64,000 bases of DNA from Lama guanicoe. Lineage: Eukaryota. Of this stretch, positions 14,381 through 28,225 are shown in pieces. Both the position numbers and the translations under genes were made by a program. The number at the start of each line of letters is the position of its first letter. Position 1 is the stretch's first letter. Where the stretch lies: assembly GCA_013239625.1 (NCBI GenBank), contig MU053911.1:238132-302131 (forward strand). The letters run 5' to 3'. The notes under the pieces were generated by a model. That model saw only the letters and a program-made list of their open reading frames with translations. It was not told where the DNA came from and did not search any database.

Positions 14381-16712
14381 TTTTCCTAACGTATAACTTT
14401 TTTGAATATTTCATGATTATGGTCCTATAGCTTTCGTTGTGGAAAGTTTTTTATAATTGTAGTTTTTGGTTAGTTGTTTTGGCTCTTTATTGATTTGATT
14501 CATCTACTAGACATACGCAATTTCTTATCTTATTTTTTGTGTCAGTTTTGGTACAGTGGTTTTTATAACATGGGGAATTTCAACCTCTATTGTCTAATTA
14601 TTAGTTTCAGGGTGAAGCCCAGTGTCTGCCAAGGGCAGGAGGGAAGAAAGTGCCCTGGAGACCTTAGTGCAACCTTTTCACCCTGGTCTTGCCTCTGAGA
14701 CCGACCCTCACATGGGCACCTCCTTGCCAGGCATCCAGGCTCTGCTGGCCTCAGGAAAGGCCCCAGAACAAGACCAGGACAGGCCCAGGGCTCTGCATGG
14801 TCCTGAGGAGGTGGGGGGGGGCACTTCCCACTTCCCAAGGTCCTCTAACCCCTAACCCTAAAACATGTTCACTAACTGTCCTGACATTTTGTGCAGAATT
14901 TGGATGAAGGTGTGAGTCTGAAGAGAGCTCTTCACCTGGTGATGCGTTGTGTGGATAAGAGTGGGGAAAAAGATGGGTTGTGGAGGCCAGTTATTTACAT
15001 CAATCACCATTTGGGGGAACGATAAATCCTAAGGTTGACGTGACTCTGGGAGACTGGGTGCTCACTGTGTGTGTGTTGAGGGGAGAAAGTGGGTGATGTC
15101 TGAGATCCCAGAATTGGGGTAAATGAGAGAGTGAAGTGTTCATGAATTATGGGATTGAAGTAAGCAATTAGGGAAACTAACAAGTTACTAGAAAGTTTGA
15201 TGAAAAACAGGATGTTTACATAGCTTCAAAGCAACACCTGCTAAAATACTTACACAAAGAATAAAAGAATAACTTTATGGTGGAGAAGTTTGGCTGGCAA
15301 AATCCGAACCAGGTGGTCGAGACGAACACCACTGGAGATGAGGTGAGCAAAACCATGTGCTGCTGGGAGGACACGGCGAGGACCCAGCAGCATTCCCAGG
15401 GTATCCTTTCTAAAAATGTACACCCCAAGTTCCAGGGCAACGTCAGACATGGCACTTGGGGGGTGTTCTACAGAGTAACTGGCTTGTAGTCCTCCAGTAT
15501 CAAGGTCATGGGAGCCCCGGAAAAACCAGGGACTGCTCCAGGCTGAAGGGCACTGAAAGAGATGTCAGGTAAACGTAGCCCATGTTATGAGGCAGAGTTG
15601 GATTCTTTCACAATTCAGGGCATTCTTGGGACAACTAACAACTTTCATAGGCGCTGGCAACTAGGAGGGGGCAAAGCATTGAGGTCCTGATTTTGATGAA
15701 TTCCAGCCTGCGGCTGTGAGGGCAGAGTTCCGTACCCGATAAACACGTGCAAGTCCCAAGAATGGTGGGGCACCAGCTAAGTGGCTCATTCTTATATGGT
15801 TCAAGGACAGAAATCTCTGTATCCTGTGTTCAACATTTTGTAAGTTTTCGACTGGTTCAAAATAAAAGCATGTTTTAAAATGGAAAGACCTGAGCTGGAG
15901 GGAACCTAGCCTGGGAGCAGCTGTCCAAACGGACCGCCCATCGCTCCTGAGGGAAGTGGGGTGATGGTGAGGTGGGAAGCGCCATAAAAAATACCAGCAG
16001 GACCCCCACTGCGTTCTCCAACTCTCTGAGTGCTGCTTGGTCTCTCGCCCGGATCCAGAAGGCTGTCACAACTGAGCTGTAACACCGAGCTGTAACGCAT
16101 TTTTCTGCAACAACGGGAAGGGTGCAGCCAAGGGCCCTTGGGCGGGAGACTGAGCACAGGCTGTCTCAGCTGAGACACCCCCTCCCTGGGAAGCTCCCGT
16201 GTCTTCCAGGCATCCAGGTTTCTCAGAGGCTCCACACCTCACCCCCCCCACCCCGACCACTGCAAGTGCCCCTGGCTCCCCAGCTTCCCTGCCCCATCCT
16301 GTGAGCCCTGAGGGCACAGATGTGGCTTTGCCCCCTGCTGTATCTCATCTGTGGCCCCCAACAAGGGGGAGGCCAGGTCAGGGGCCCCTTCCTGGAGGTG
16401 GCTGTCCTGGGCGTCAAAGTCACCAGGCAGAGAGGGTCAGCGGCACCAGGGTCTGTGCGCCTGGCCCCGCTGCTTCCTCCTCCAGGGCGGTTTCTTGTTC
16501 CCAGGAGGAACCAGGTAAAGGGCAGCCTGCAGAGATGCCCCCTGGACGCTGCTTGTGAAACAGAGGTGCTGGAAATGATCCGAACGCCCATCCGTCTGGG
16601 ACCAATGCATTGACTGTGCACTCGTCTGTGAAAGGCCGGCTGGGCATGAGAGGGCCAGACGTCCAGGACACACTTGAGTGAATGAGAATGAGGGAGTTCA
16701 GAACATCAAACT

Positions 16713-16718
16713 TTTAAT
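16713..16718 (-). terminator. Candidate ANHX polyadenylation signal
   Basis: ATTAAA on - about 500 nt after the ANHX stop, followed by U/GU-rich sequence. Confidence 0.45.
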
Positions 16719-17222
16719 TGAACAGAACATTGGTGCAGCAAACACAGTGAATCCCAGGCTGAGGGGAAGGTGCCCGTCCCACCCTGGCTGGCTCTCCCCA
16801 AGCACTCGAGCCTCTGAGGAAGCCCCGGGCACAGCCATATCCAACGCAGCCCACACTGCACTCACCAAGTCAGGGAGGCCTTGTCACAGGACAGGACAGG
16901 CGAGAGGGTGGCCAGCAGTGCCACCTCCCTCTCTGGAGAAGGGCTTCACTGCCCAGCCATGCCCAGGAGCCTAGCTGCAGCCAGCTGCTGCCTGAGAACA
17001 GACCCACCTTGACTTCTGACCTCAGCTGCTGCCTCCAGTATAGGGAGTTGCCAACCAAACTTTTCCAACATGGCAGGGGGCTCAGCTGCCCTCAGTGCTT
17101 CTCAGCAGGACCCCAGGGGACTCTGGGGACCTCCCTCCAGTGGGGACAAGGCTCTGAACTTGTGTTGCTGGATGTCCACACATGCTCCCCCTGGGGCACC
17201 GGCTGGGCTCCTGAAGGGCAGC

Positions 17223-17309
17223 TCAGCCCAGGCCGCCCCTTGAATGCTCAAGGGGCATCCTGGCTCCCCAGCAGGCGTCACTGGAGGCCGGGCCATCAGG
17301 ACACAGCAC
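17223..17309 (-). CDS. ANHX: ANHX coding exon 9 (last): VLCPDGPASSDACWGARMPLEHSRGGLG*
   Basis: Acceptor CCTTCCAG, phase 0, TGA at 17225-17223; resembles the recalled human ANHX C-terminus (DAFWGARMLLEFSGSSLG). Confidence 0.85.
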   Translation of the reverse strand: MLCPDGPASSDACWGARMPLEHSRGGLG

Positions 17310-17564
17310 CTGGAAGGCCAACAAAGCGTCACACATGGAGGGACCCTCTGCCACCTCTGCCATCCCACTGGGCACCCTGGACCCTAGGATCCAGCCTCTC
17401 TGGACTCAGTGAGAAACACTGTGTCCAGTCCTCGTTCCACTGACGTTCAGCCTCAAGACACCACTGCCCCGTGGTCACCTCTGCCCGTTTCATTCACACT
17501 AAAGGCACGAGCTGAGGATGCAGGAGGGAGGAGAGAAACCACGGAACCTCATAGGAGGGCTCAC

Positions 17565-17649
17565 CTGGCCAGAGGGCAGGGGCTGGCTCAGCTCCACGAC
17601 AGGCAAGTGGCCAGGAAAGGCAGGTGGGGCTGGGGCCAGCTCCGGGGTG
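17565..17649 (-). CDS. ANHX: ANHX coding exon 8: (S)TPELAPAPPAFPGHLPVVELSQPLPSGQ
   Basis: CTTTTCCAG acceptor, GTGAG donor, 85 nt, phase 2 to 0. Confidence 0.85.
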
Positions 17650-19029
17650 CTGGAAAAGGGACAGGGTCAGGACAGGCCCTTTTCCAGGCCCTACTGGAGG
17701 GTGACACGGTCCACCATGAGCAGTGTGCCCCGAGAGCTCTCTGCCCATCAGGGGCCCTTCCAGGTGCCTCTTCAGGACCAGCCTCTGCCTGCAGGGCTCT
17801 CGGGTGGGTGGGATGTGGGAGGGGCCTGTGCAGCACCTGGAGCAGGTGGCTCGGGCCGTCTAAGTACATCCGGAAATGCTCACAGAGAAGGGGACAGCCA
17901 GCGGGGATGTGAAGGAAGAAAAGGCCACAAAGAAGGGGCAGGCCTGAGGCGGGAAGGAATCAGGAGGCCCTCAGGGCCAACTCAGGGGAGGTGATAGGTG
18001 CGGCCCCTCAGAACAGCGGCCAGGCGGATCCTTTAAAGTCTGACCGCACCTGGTCACCCACTCCTAGGTGTCCTCCCCCAGAAACACAAAGGCAGACGTG
18101 CAGGTCGCCAGGCATACGGAAAGGCTCACAGCAGCCCCCAGACCAGGCTCCCAAGCGCCCGCCAATCGGTGATGTTGACCCGGGCCGAGGACAAGACTCA
18201 CAGTGAGGAGGAGGGGACTGTGGGGACCCAAAGTACCGGGGCGGGTCTCGGAGGAGTCAGGCAGAGTGCTGCACCCTCAAAAAGAGCATGTGCTGTACGA
18301 TTTCATCTGTACGAAATTCCAGAAAATGCAGCTAAAGAAAGCAGCTCCCCGATGCTGGGGAGGTAGGGGTGGAGGCGAGTGGAAACAGCCTGCAAGGCCG
18401 AGACCTGCAGCTCGGTTATGGGCTGTGGCGGACACACGAGTCACACTCAGAAAACTATCATCTGTAACAACTGAACACGTCTGGTCACTTTATGCCAGTT
18501 AGACCCCCAACAAAGCTGTTCTTACTGAAAGAGTCAAGGTCACCAGAGCAAGGATGGGCCAGGGCAGCAGGGCCCAAGGGCGAGTCGGCCAGTGGAGAAG
18601 CCACAAGGGGACCCCGTGAGGGCCTCTGGTCTGTGCGGCGCCCAGTCGTAAATGGAAAAGTGAGTCCGTCAGCACGGGCTGGATTTTCTCACTGTCTGGC
18701 TATTTCCCAAGCAGGGCCTGCGACCTGGGGGGGCTCCTCCTCTCTCACACGTCCCTCTGTGACTGTGCCCAGATTAGGGAGCTCCGGCAGCCTGCGGACC
18801 CAGTCCGGTGGCCACTACCATAGATTCCCTCTGCTGCAGAGGCCCCCTTGCCTAACAGGCTCCGCTTTGGAGGTCATCTGGATGGCTGTCCCAGCCTCAC
18901 TGCCACAGTCCGCAGCCCTGGGCTGCTCACTGCCCTCCAGAGCCCTTTTACAACTACAATTTGGAATATAAAGCCAAGATCCTGCTGCTGTTCAGAAACT
19001 AAGTCTTTGGGGAAAAGAAACTGCCTGAA

Positions 19030-19168
19030 GAGGGGAGGGTGTAGCTCAGTGGTAGAGTGCATGCCTAGCATGCACAAGGTCCTGGGTTCAATCCCCAGTA
19101 CCTCCAGTAAATAAATAAATACATCTAATTACCACCACACCTTCCTCCCCCACCGCACAAAAAAAAAG
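19030..19168 (+). mobile_element. tRNA-derived SINE (vic-1-like) in an ANHX intron
   Basis: ggggagggtgtagctcagtggtagagtgcatgcctagc...gggttcaatcccc; imperfect TSD gaaactgcctgaaga / gaagttgcctgaaaga. Confidence 0.9.
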
Positions 19169-19428
19169 AGAAGTTGCCTGAAAGAGGCAGCCAGGGCCCA
19201 GGGAGATCTCTGGGGAAGGGTCGATGCCCGAGCACCGGCCACAGAATGTGTGCCCATAACTCCTCCGATATTTCCGTGTGTTCTTTACTCTTGGGAAAAG
19301 TACAACCTTCATTCGGTCGAGGGCCATCAGGAAAGAGCTGCACACTTGGAGGGCAAATCTCCCCACCAGGACTGGCCTCTTTACGGCCCATGGCACGTGT
19401 GGCCTGAGCTCCAGGGCTCTGAGGCTTA

Positions 19429-19902
<474 letters not shown>

Positions 19903-20999
19903 TCAATGAAAGAAGAAGACTCAGCATCCAGACCTGCCCCATGTCCACTGCGCCGCCTACGGACAGACAGGTGGGCATCTGCTTCCTCCTGCCGCTCGTA
20001 CTCATTCGCCAGAGGCTGGGCTGTTTCCTTCCCCTTTCACCTTGGGCTTCGCCCCAACGTCACTGAGGTGCGAGGTGTCGCTACCTTACTCTGCACTTTC
20101 CCTCTGCTTAAAATGTTTCAGCAAACATCTCAGGGGACCTTGGCCTCTCTAAGGCAAGCCACTGTGGATTTGATCAGTTCTGGTCGACAGATGTTTAGGA
20201 GCAAAGTGAGCTAAGAAGGATGGCCCATTTCTGCCCTAAGTCTGTCAGGTGGTAAAGCGACCCTGAGTCCCTGATCTCAGCTCCTCAGCAACAGTCCCTC
20301 CTCCTGTCTGCCAGCCAGCTGCCCAGATCTCCCCCGCCATCTGGTACACGACTCCTCCCCTGTTTTATGCTGTTTCCTCTTTCCCGCACAACTTTCAAGA
20401 TACTCTGAGGTCCAGGAAATTCGGCTAAGCACTAATTTGAACAGTTCTATTTCCAACGTAATAGGTCAACGAGATGTCTTCTTCCTCCAAGAGAAAGAAA
20501 AAAAGCCCCAAGCCCAGAACAAAGCAGGGGTCAGCGGACGGGTAACTAGCAGGGGAGAGAGGTCCCTGCTCCGCAAACACAGAGCACAGGTCCATCCCAC
20601 CCAGGTGGCGGGTGTCTGAGGGGAAGCCAAGGCCGAGGACCCTGAGAAGCTTGCGGCGAGGGAGGCGGAGCAGGGGGGCCTCCTGGTGCTCAGGCGGTCG
20701 GTCAGCAGGGAGCTGGACACCTCCCGGAGACCACCACCCCTCACACACACGGGACGTGGCGTGAAGACCAGCTCCCCTCACCCCCGGGTGAGGCTGCCCA
20801 AGGCCCTCCCGACTCCAGCCCTGTTAGTAAATACGGGCAGGCAAAGGCGAGCCTCTGAAACGGAAGACCAGTCGGCTCAGACGGAAAAGCTGCCTCGGAG
20901 AAACCAGACTCGAGCTCGCCCTCTTTGGGGCCCTGCCTCCTCCTCTACTCAAGGAAGGACCCGAATCCAGGATCCCAACATTCCCCACTTCAGGCAGCA

Positions 21000-22250
21000 A
21001 AGGTACTTCCTGAAACTTCTAATTAGGATACTCAGAGATATAGAAGCTATCGCATCTAGAAAAGTAACAGGATCTCTGAAGAAAGGAAAATCAGTAATGG
21101 CACCACAGAGCCTGGAGTTCTCTTATAATGGTCAGAATAAAGTATCAGAAGACCGAATTTAAGGCAAAAGCACACACAATAAAAACATGTATTTTTTTTA
21201 AAGATAAGCATTTTGGGAGATTGCTCCAGGATTTCCAACATCCAAATAACATTCGTGCTCTCAAGGGAGAACTGGAGGGAGGAGATTATCAAAGAAACTA
21301 TCCAAGAGTATCATCCCAAATGCCCAGAATAAGTCAGCTACACTTCAGTCTAATAAAATGCCCAGAGCTTAACAGAGACCTTGTTCACAGACTCTTTAAA
21401 TTGAAAGGCTTACCGACAAAGTGAATTTAAAAGACTCACACCCAGGACCATCACACCCAGTCTCAGGACCATTCTGAAACTTCAGAACACCAAGACAAAA
21501 AGCTCCAAGAGAGGAAAGAGACGTGAACATCAGAATGGCATCCGACTTAAAATGACAACACCGGATGCTCCAAGGATGAGATGCTTTCAGATTTCTAAGG
21601 GGAAAGGATTTTAAGCTCAGAATTCTGTCCCTGACAAAGTGGCCATCAAATATGGGGGCAGATTAAAGACCATTTCAGAACATGCAAGGACTCGGAAAAT
21701 GTCCCTTGCAGGCACCCTTCCTCGTAAAGTTCATTGAAGACATTCTCTAACAAAACAAGAGTCAGGAAAGAAAGAATAAGACCTGCAATTCAATTTGCCG
21801 AAGCAGACCCAGGGAGGCAGCCACAGGGGCCCTGCGGGGCGGCTCCCCTCAGGCCGAGAGAGCGAGCACTTGGATGGGAGCAGGAAGCAGGCTCCCGGCA
21901 GGCAGCCTTCAGAGCGGACACTTGAAGCACGGGGAGACGTTAACGACGTGGTAAGAGCAGACAATGCAAGAAAAAGGAAAAGCACTGAGAAACTCCAAGA
22001 AAACATATGTGTGACCATCGAAGACTAAGAAACTGAGGTCATGGGCCGAGTTCAGTGCCGATATCCTCCTTACCAGCTGGGCTGTTACAAGATGCTGTCA
22101 TGTTTGGTGGACAGAATATATACCTGAATACGTATTCTTGGAAGGTATTTAGAGCTACAATTATAACTCAGAAAGAAACTCCAACCAGAGCAGGGGGCCG
22201 CAGGAGTGTGAGCAGCTCAGCCCTCCTGGGCTGTAACAGGTGTTGACAAG
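21000..22250 (+). mobile_element. Old L1 ORF1-region fragment
   Basis: Decayed L1 ORF1-like text (cagaatggcatccgactt, gattttaagctcagaattctgt, gattaaagaccatttcagaacatgcaaggactc). Confidence 0.55.
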
Positions 22251-22551
22251 TTACAGGGACTGGAGTGGAGACTGCTGGAGTGGCAGCCGTTTCATTTCAT
22301 TTTTCTCTTTCCTCACTGTCTTGTTTTTTCAGGCAGGTGCACTTTTTTTTTTGAAACAAAAATAAAGGGGACCTATTCGGGCTGTCTGTGGGAAGAGCAT
22401 GTGTTCCAGCTGCACTGGGTTGGGGTCGATCCAAGTAACACGGGATCTGAGCAGAAAGTCCAAGCACCTCAAAATTCTGCCCCCTCAAATGGGACGCAAG
22501 CAGTTACAGCATCTGATGCAGAAACACGGGGTCTGTCTAGAGTGGACTCAC

Positions 22552-22844
22552 CTGTGGGGCTGGGCTCACCGGGGGCAGCGATGGACGCAGCCACAGCAGC
22601 ATCTGGGGTGTGCATGGCCAAGTCGACCCCAAGACCGCGGACCAGCTGCCCAGTCTGGAGGGGATCTTCCTTGGAGGACGCCAGTGCACGGGACATCAGC
22701 CATGACTTGGAGGCAGCCAGAGAGGGGTCCAGCGTGTCGTTGCCAGCAGCCAGAGGGCAGAGGCCCGGGCTAGGGCGGACAGTGGGGAGAGCGGCAGGAC
22801 CGTGGCCAGGTCCCTGCTGGTACCTCTCACCACCCTGCAGAGAC
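22552..22844 (-). CDS. ANHX: ANHX coding exon 6 (293 nt): (R)SLQGGERYQQ...SIAAPGEPSPT
   Basis: TGTTCCCCAG acceptor, GTGAGT donor, no stop; converts phase 2 (exon 5) to phase 1 (exon 7), which the frame requires. Confidence 0.75.
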
Positions 22845-23259
22845 CTGGGGAACACAGCACACATCATCCCTTGGTGGGCAGAGGCTCTCTCAGGCTGGGA
22901 CAGGGGGACCTGGGGGAGACTCCAGCCCAGTTAGCGATTCTGGGCTCCCAACGCCACCTAGCCTCTGACAGCTGTGGGGTCCACCCCATCTCCAGTCACA
23001 CTGCCTTCACAGTTCTCCCTGGGGCTGCAAGGGTTCCAGAGACACAAAAACTACCACTGCTAGAAACCAAAGCCACATTAGCAGTTTCTTTACAAGGCCC
23101 TTCAATAAAGCATTGCTGCACAGTATTGACAGTGGAAAGTGACTAGGAAGCCCCTAAGAGTTGAATAAATACATGAAGGTGGATCATTAAGGAATATTAG
23201 GCAGCAGTTAATAATTTAAAGAGTGAATATTCCACAAATGCTAGTAGTATCTCACTCCT

Positions 23260-23430
23260 GGGCTTTTGTTAACAACTCCCCACCCCTATCACTTGTGGAC
23301 CAACCCGCATGGCACTGGTGGTCCTATCACTACCTCCATTTCACAGGTGAACAAAAGTGAGACACTGAGGTCACAGGGACTTGCCTGCGGTCACACATCT
23401 GGGCAGTGCCGGCCTGGGTGTAAGGTGCCA
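23260..23430. mobile_element. MIR-like fragment
   Basis: ccatttcacaggtgaacaaaagtgagacactgaggtcacagggacttgcc resembles the MIR core. Confidence 0.55.
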
Positions 23431-24012
23431 GCCTGGTGGCGTCATGAGAGACGCTGCCCACACAAGGGTCAGTCGAAGAGGTGGGCACAGCTTGCTGGTT
23501 ACACAGAGTGGACCTGGCCCCACGCTCAAACTTTGTCCTGCTGCTGACCCACACTTCCCTCAGCCTCACTGCATTCATGCAGCATCCCAGGAGGTGAGGG
23601 AAAGAGCTCGAACAGTGCCTGATCCATAGTATGAACGCAAGAACTGTTGCCTGTTACTAACTCAAATAAATACTACCCGGACCAAATGCTAGAGAAACAA
23701 ACCACGAGAACAGATGGTCTGTCTTGGAGGTAGGTCTGCGTGTGTGTCTTTCCAAGTCTGTGTTCCCCAGTCTCCAAAACTGACGTGAAGCCAGACTATG
23801 AGTCAGGTTCTGGGCAGACCAGTGTCCCAACGTGGGCTCCTTGCCAGTGGCTCCCCCATCCCTGGGGTCACAGCCATCTCTGTTCTCAGCCATCCTCGAC
23901 CTGGTCCCAGTGTCCAACAGGCTTTCCCACGCCCACCTCAGGTCTGGTCTCCCACCGAGGACGGGGGAGCTGAGCAGGAAGACGGTCCCATTGCCTATGA
24001 GGAGGGCAGTAC

Positions 24013-24130
24013 CTGGAAGCCAGTGATTGTGGCATAGTCCCATCTCCAGAGAAGTCCGGGGTCGGGGCCAGGGGCTCCCACGGCCCTTGGGTGGCCTCCT
24101 GGGTCTGTACAGGCCCACTCTCCTCAGGTC
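24013..24130 (-). CDS. ANHX: ANHX coding exon 5: (G)PEESGPVQTQEATQGPWEPLAPTPDFSGDGTMPQSLAS
   Basis: TTTTCAGCAG acceptor, GTACTG donor, 118 nt, phase 1 to 2; TQGPWEPLA..PDF matches recalled ANHX. Confidence 0.85.
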
Positions 24131-24504
24131 CTGCTGAAAATGCACCGGACACGAGAGGCGGCTGGGGGATGCTCTGAATCCCAGACTCCTTCCCAGCAGG
24201 TTAAGAACAACCACACTGGCTGGAAAAGGTTGTTGCCCAGCATTCTTGTTTGTCCCTTGATCTGTCTTTGGCCTGAATGGCAGTTACCAACCCAGGACAT
24301 CCTAAGTTCTGGCACTTGGCTCCCTTCCCACTGCCTCCTGGCCCTGGCCACACAGTAGCCTCGAAGGCAAAATGCTGCTGCAGCACCACCCAGGCCCATC
24401 CTGAGTCCAACCTGACTCAGCTTCAGGGATCTCACTCCCCATGGGGTGAAGTCTTGAACGTGTAGACTGGGGGAGGGTGTCCTGTAACCAGGGACCCTAC
24501 CTCA

Positions 24505-24780
<276 letters not shown>

Positions 24781-25129
24781 CTAGGCCAGCCGGCTCCTGA
24801 AGCGCCAGGCTGGGACAGTGAGCCAGCCTGGATACCAGGCAGCGGGGGCACCGAGCGGGCTGGGACACGGAGCCGACGGGCACAGTGGCCTCTGGCCTCA
24901 TTCCTCAGTCACACCGCCGCACCGCCGACAACCACCCAGAGTCCAGAGGCCTAAGGCAGGGCCTGCAGACTGGACCCTCCAGAGGTGACACCAGACCACT
25001 GCCCGCCTGCCCGCTCGGAGTGACAGCGCGTCTGCCACGATCGACCCCTGCGATCAGGCACCTGTCCTTCCTCTGGACCCAGCTCCCAACCACCTTCACG
25101 GGCCCCGGCACCAAGCTCTGGGAGAGAGC

Positions 25130-25320
25130 CCCGCCCATCAGACAGAAAGAGAACGTGCGGGGCGGTAACTGCCAGACTCCGGATGATTGGAGACAGAGAG
25201 GAGGGGCGGGGCAGTCACTGGGAGAGTCCAGCCGATTGGATGAGGGAAGGAGGTGGGGAGTCATTGGGAGAGTCCAGCTGATTGGACGGGGAGGGAAGGG
25301 GCGGGGCGGCCACTGAGCGA
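25130..25320. promoter_or_regulatory. Intronic CCAAT-box/GC-box cluster (promoter-like)
   Basis: ATTGG at 25186, 25235, 25263 and 25281; GGGGCGG(GGC) near 25169, 25203 and 25298. Confidence 0.5.
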
Positions 25321-25745
25321 GGCCCCCTGATCAGACTCGGAGAGAAGGAAGCAAGCCAGCTTTCCGACTTGTAGGACTCCCACTCGCACCCCCTCAGCCT
25401 ACTCCCTGAGAGCTCAGCCCCTCCATCCCTCCTGCTGGAGCCCTGGCTGCCGCGAGTGCTCAGTGAGCATCTGTTGAAGCCACACTGGAGGACAGGATAT
25501 CGAGAGACCCTTGAGGAAACCAGACCCCCTACTTGTGCACGCTGGACCAACGTTCAGGGGCCGCCAGCCAAAGAACGCCGTCCCCAGGGCAGTTCAAAGG
25601 AGGCAGAGCCCACCAGCGCCCTGGCAGACAGGCCACTAGGTTGTGGATCAGTCACTAGGGGTGTGATATCACTTCAGGGTGGGGTTCTCCTAAGGATGGG
25701 GCTTTCCCTAAAAGTGGGAGTCCCCCAAGGGTGCATGGTCACCTA

Positions 25746-26045
<300 letters not shown>

Positions 26046-27889
26046 TCACTGGCTACTCTTCTTGCCGGCTGTGTGCTGCAGCCCCCCAGTCCATCCCCCG
26101 AACAAGGGAGGGGTCTGGCACTGCTCCAGCTCCCACTCCACACTCTCACCAGACTTCCAGGACCAGTCACTGACCAATGGTCCATGACTGCTGAAGCTGG
26201 ATGATGAGGATATTGAAGCTGGATACTCTATTCTCTTGACTGTGTGTATACTGGAATTTTTCCAAAAGAAAAAAGTGACATAAAAACAAACAGCAACCTG
26301 TCTCTACACGATCTGCTACCCAAATGTCAACTGAACAAATCCCCATGAAGGACAAAAACGCACTCACACATCCCACCTCCCAGTGAAGCTCCACCCCCCA
26401 CCCCCAGCCCGTCCTGGGTATCCAGTGAGAGACCACCACGCGCCAGCCAATCGGGCCGAGAGCCCCAGAGCCCAGGTTGTTTCCCTTTACCTTCTCCAGT
26501 CCATCCAGCCTGCCAGCAAATCCTCCAAAGCCCATCCTGACACCACCCTTTCTCCAGCCACAGCCACTCCCCGAACTCCAAGAACCTCCCACCTCTGCTC
26601 CTGCACTGGCCATCTGCTGTGACTCCCACGTCACCCCTCCTTAGGCCCAGAGAGAGCCGTCCCCATGCTCAGGCCTCTCCCAGGCTCGCCAGGTCCCTGC
26701 TGCAGCCCCCACCACAACAAAGGGCCAATGCATCACAGCTCCTACAGAACGTGTCCCATCTAGCAGTTCTTGCTCTGAATTATGGGACCTGCTGTTTCCT
26801 GGTCTATGGTCCACCATCCACGCTCCCGGGCAGCTCCAGGAGAGCAGGGCCCCAGCAACCAGGGGCCTCTTCACCAACACCCCATGCTGGTCCCCCAGTC
26901 ATTTACTCTGCAGAACCACCCTGTGGCAGGCTGTCAGGACCTGTACTGAGGTTCATGACTGTGTCCCCAAAAACTCCAGGACGGATTAACTGCTGGGCTT
27001 CAAAGTCATAACTGGCAGGGACCACGAGAAAAACTCGGTCTGACCCAAAAAGCTTCCACCTCTTCTTCCGTCAGTCAGGCCCATGGCTCAGCAACCCCTG
27101 CCCCTTGGGCTGTCAGGAGCCCAGAGCGAGTCCTGCAGCCCCTCCTGGCCAGGGGGGAGCACCTAGGAACAAAGGCTCCACAGTCGTGATGTCTAGGCTG
27201 GAATCCTGCATCTCTCTAGTGTGGAACCTGGGGCAAACCCTTCTGTGCCTCGGTTTCCTCATCCGTGAATGGTGAGGATGGAAACAGTCAGAACCGGGCG
27301 TGACGTTTACTCAGTGCTGACCACGGTCATGGTGGTAATTACCACGAACATCCACTCAGCAGCTGTCGTGTGCCAGACAGTTTCCTAAGCACTACATCGA
27401 TCATATCGTGCCTACAGCACCCTCGTGTTTTTCTCTCTTTCAAGGGTCCTGCAGCCCTGAGGGGCCATGCTGGGGTCCAGGCCAGGCCACCTGCAGTGTC
27501 TGAACACGGGGATTAGCCAACCTGAGGGACATCCATCCCTCAGAAGGAGGGTGGGATCAGAGTGTCCGCCCACTGACTCCCTCCCTCTGGGGTCCTGCCG
27601 GATGGACAGTGGCTCCTGCTGCAGCTTGGACTCTTGCCTGGGTCCCAAGAAGGGCTCCCCCTCCTTGCCCTGCAGGCATTGGTCCCCACAGCCAGTGGCG
27701 CCGGAGCAGAGTGTGGCTGAGTGTAGGGCACCAGCCGATGTCGCACCTATTACCCTGCCTGTTCCTGCTTCTCCTGGCTTTTCCTGCCCTTATCTCCCTG
27801 CCTCTACTGCCCTTCAGCCCACCTGTGGCTTTGGACGGCAGATCCCTTGGGGGCCGCAGGGACTCTGGGCAAATCAAAGTGGGCACCTA

Positions 27890-28225
<336 letters not shown>

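Noticed and set aside
14846..14861. Telomere-like taacccctaaccctaa
   Set aside because: Only about two units; expected by chance.
15875..16069. ORF with TAFWIRAR resembling the ANHX C-terminal DAFWGAR
   Set aside because: The true last exon at 17223-17309 fits far better in sequence, phase and splice site.
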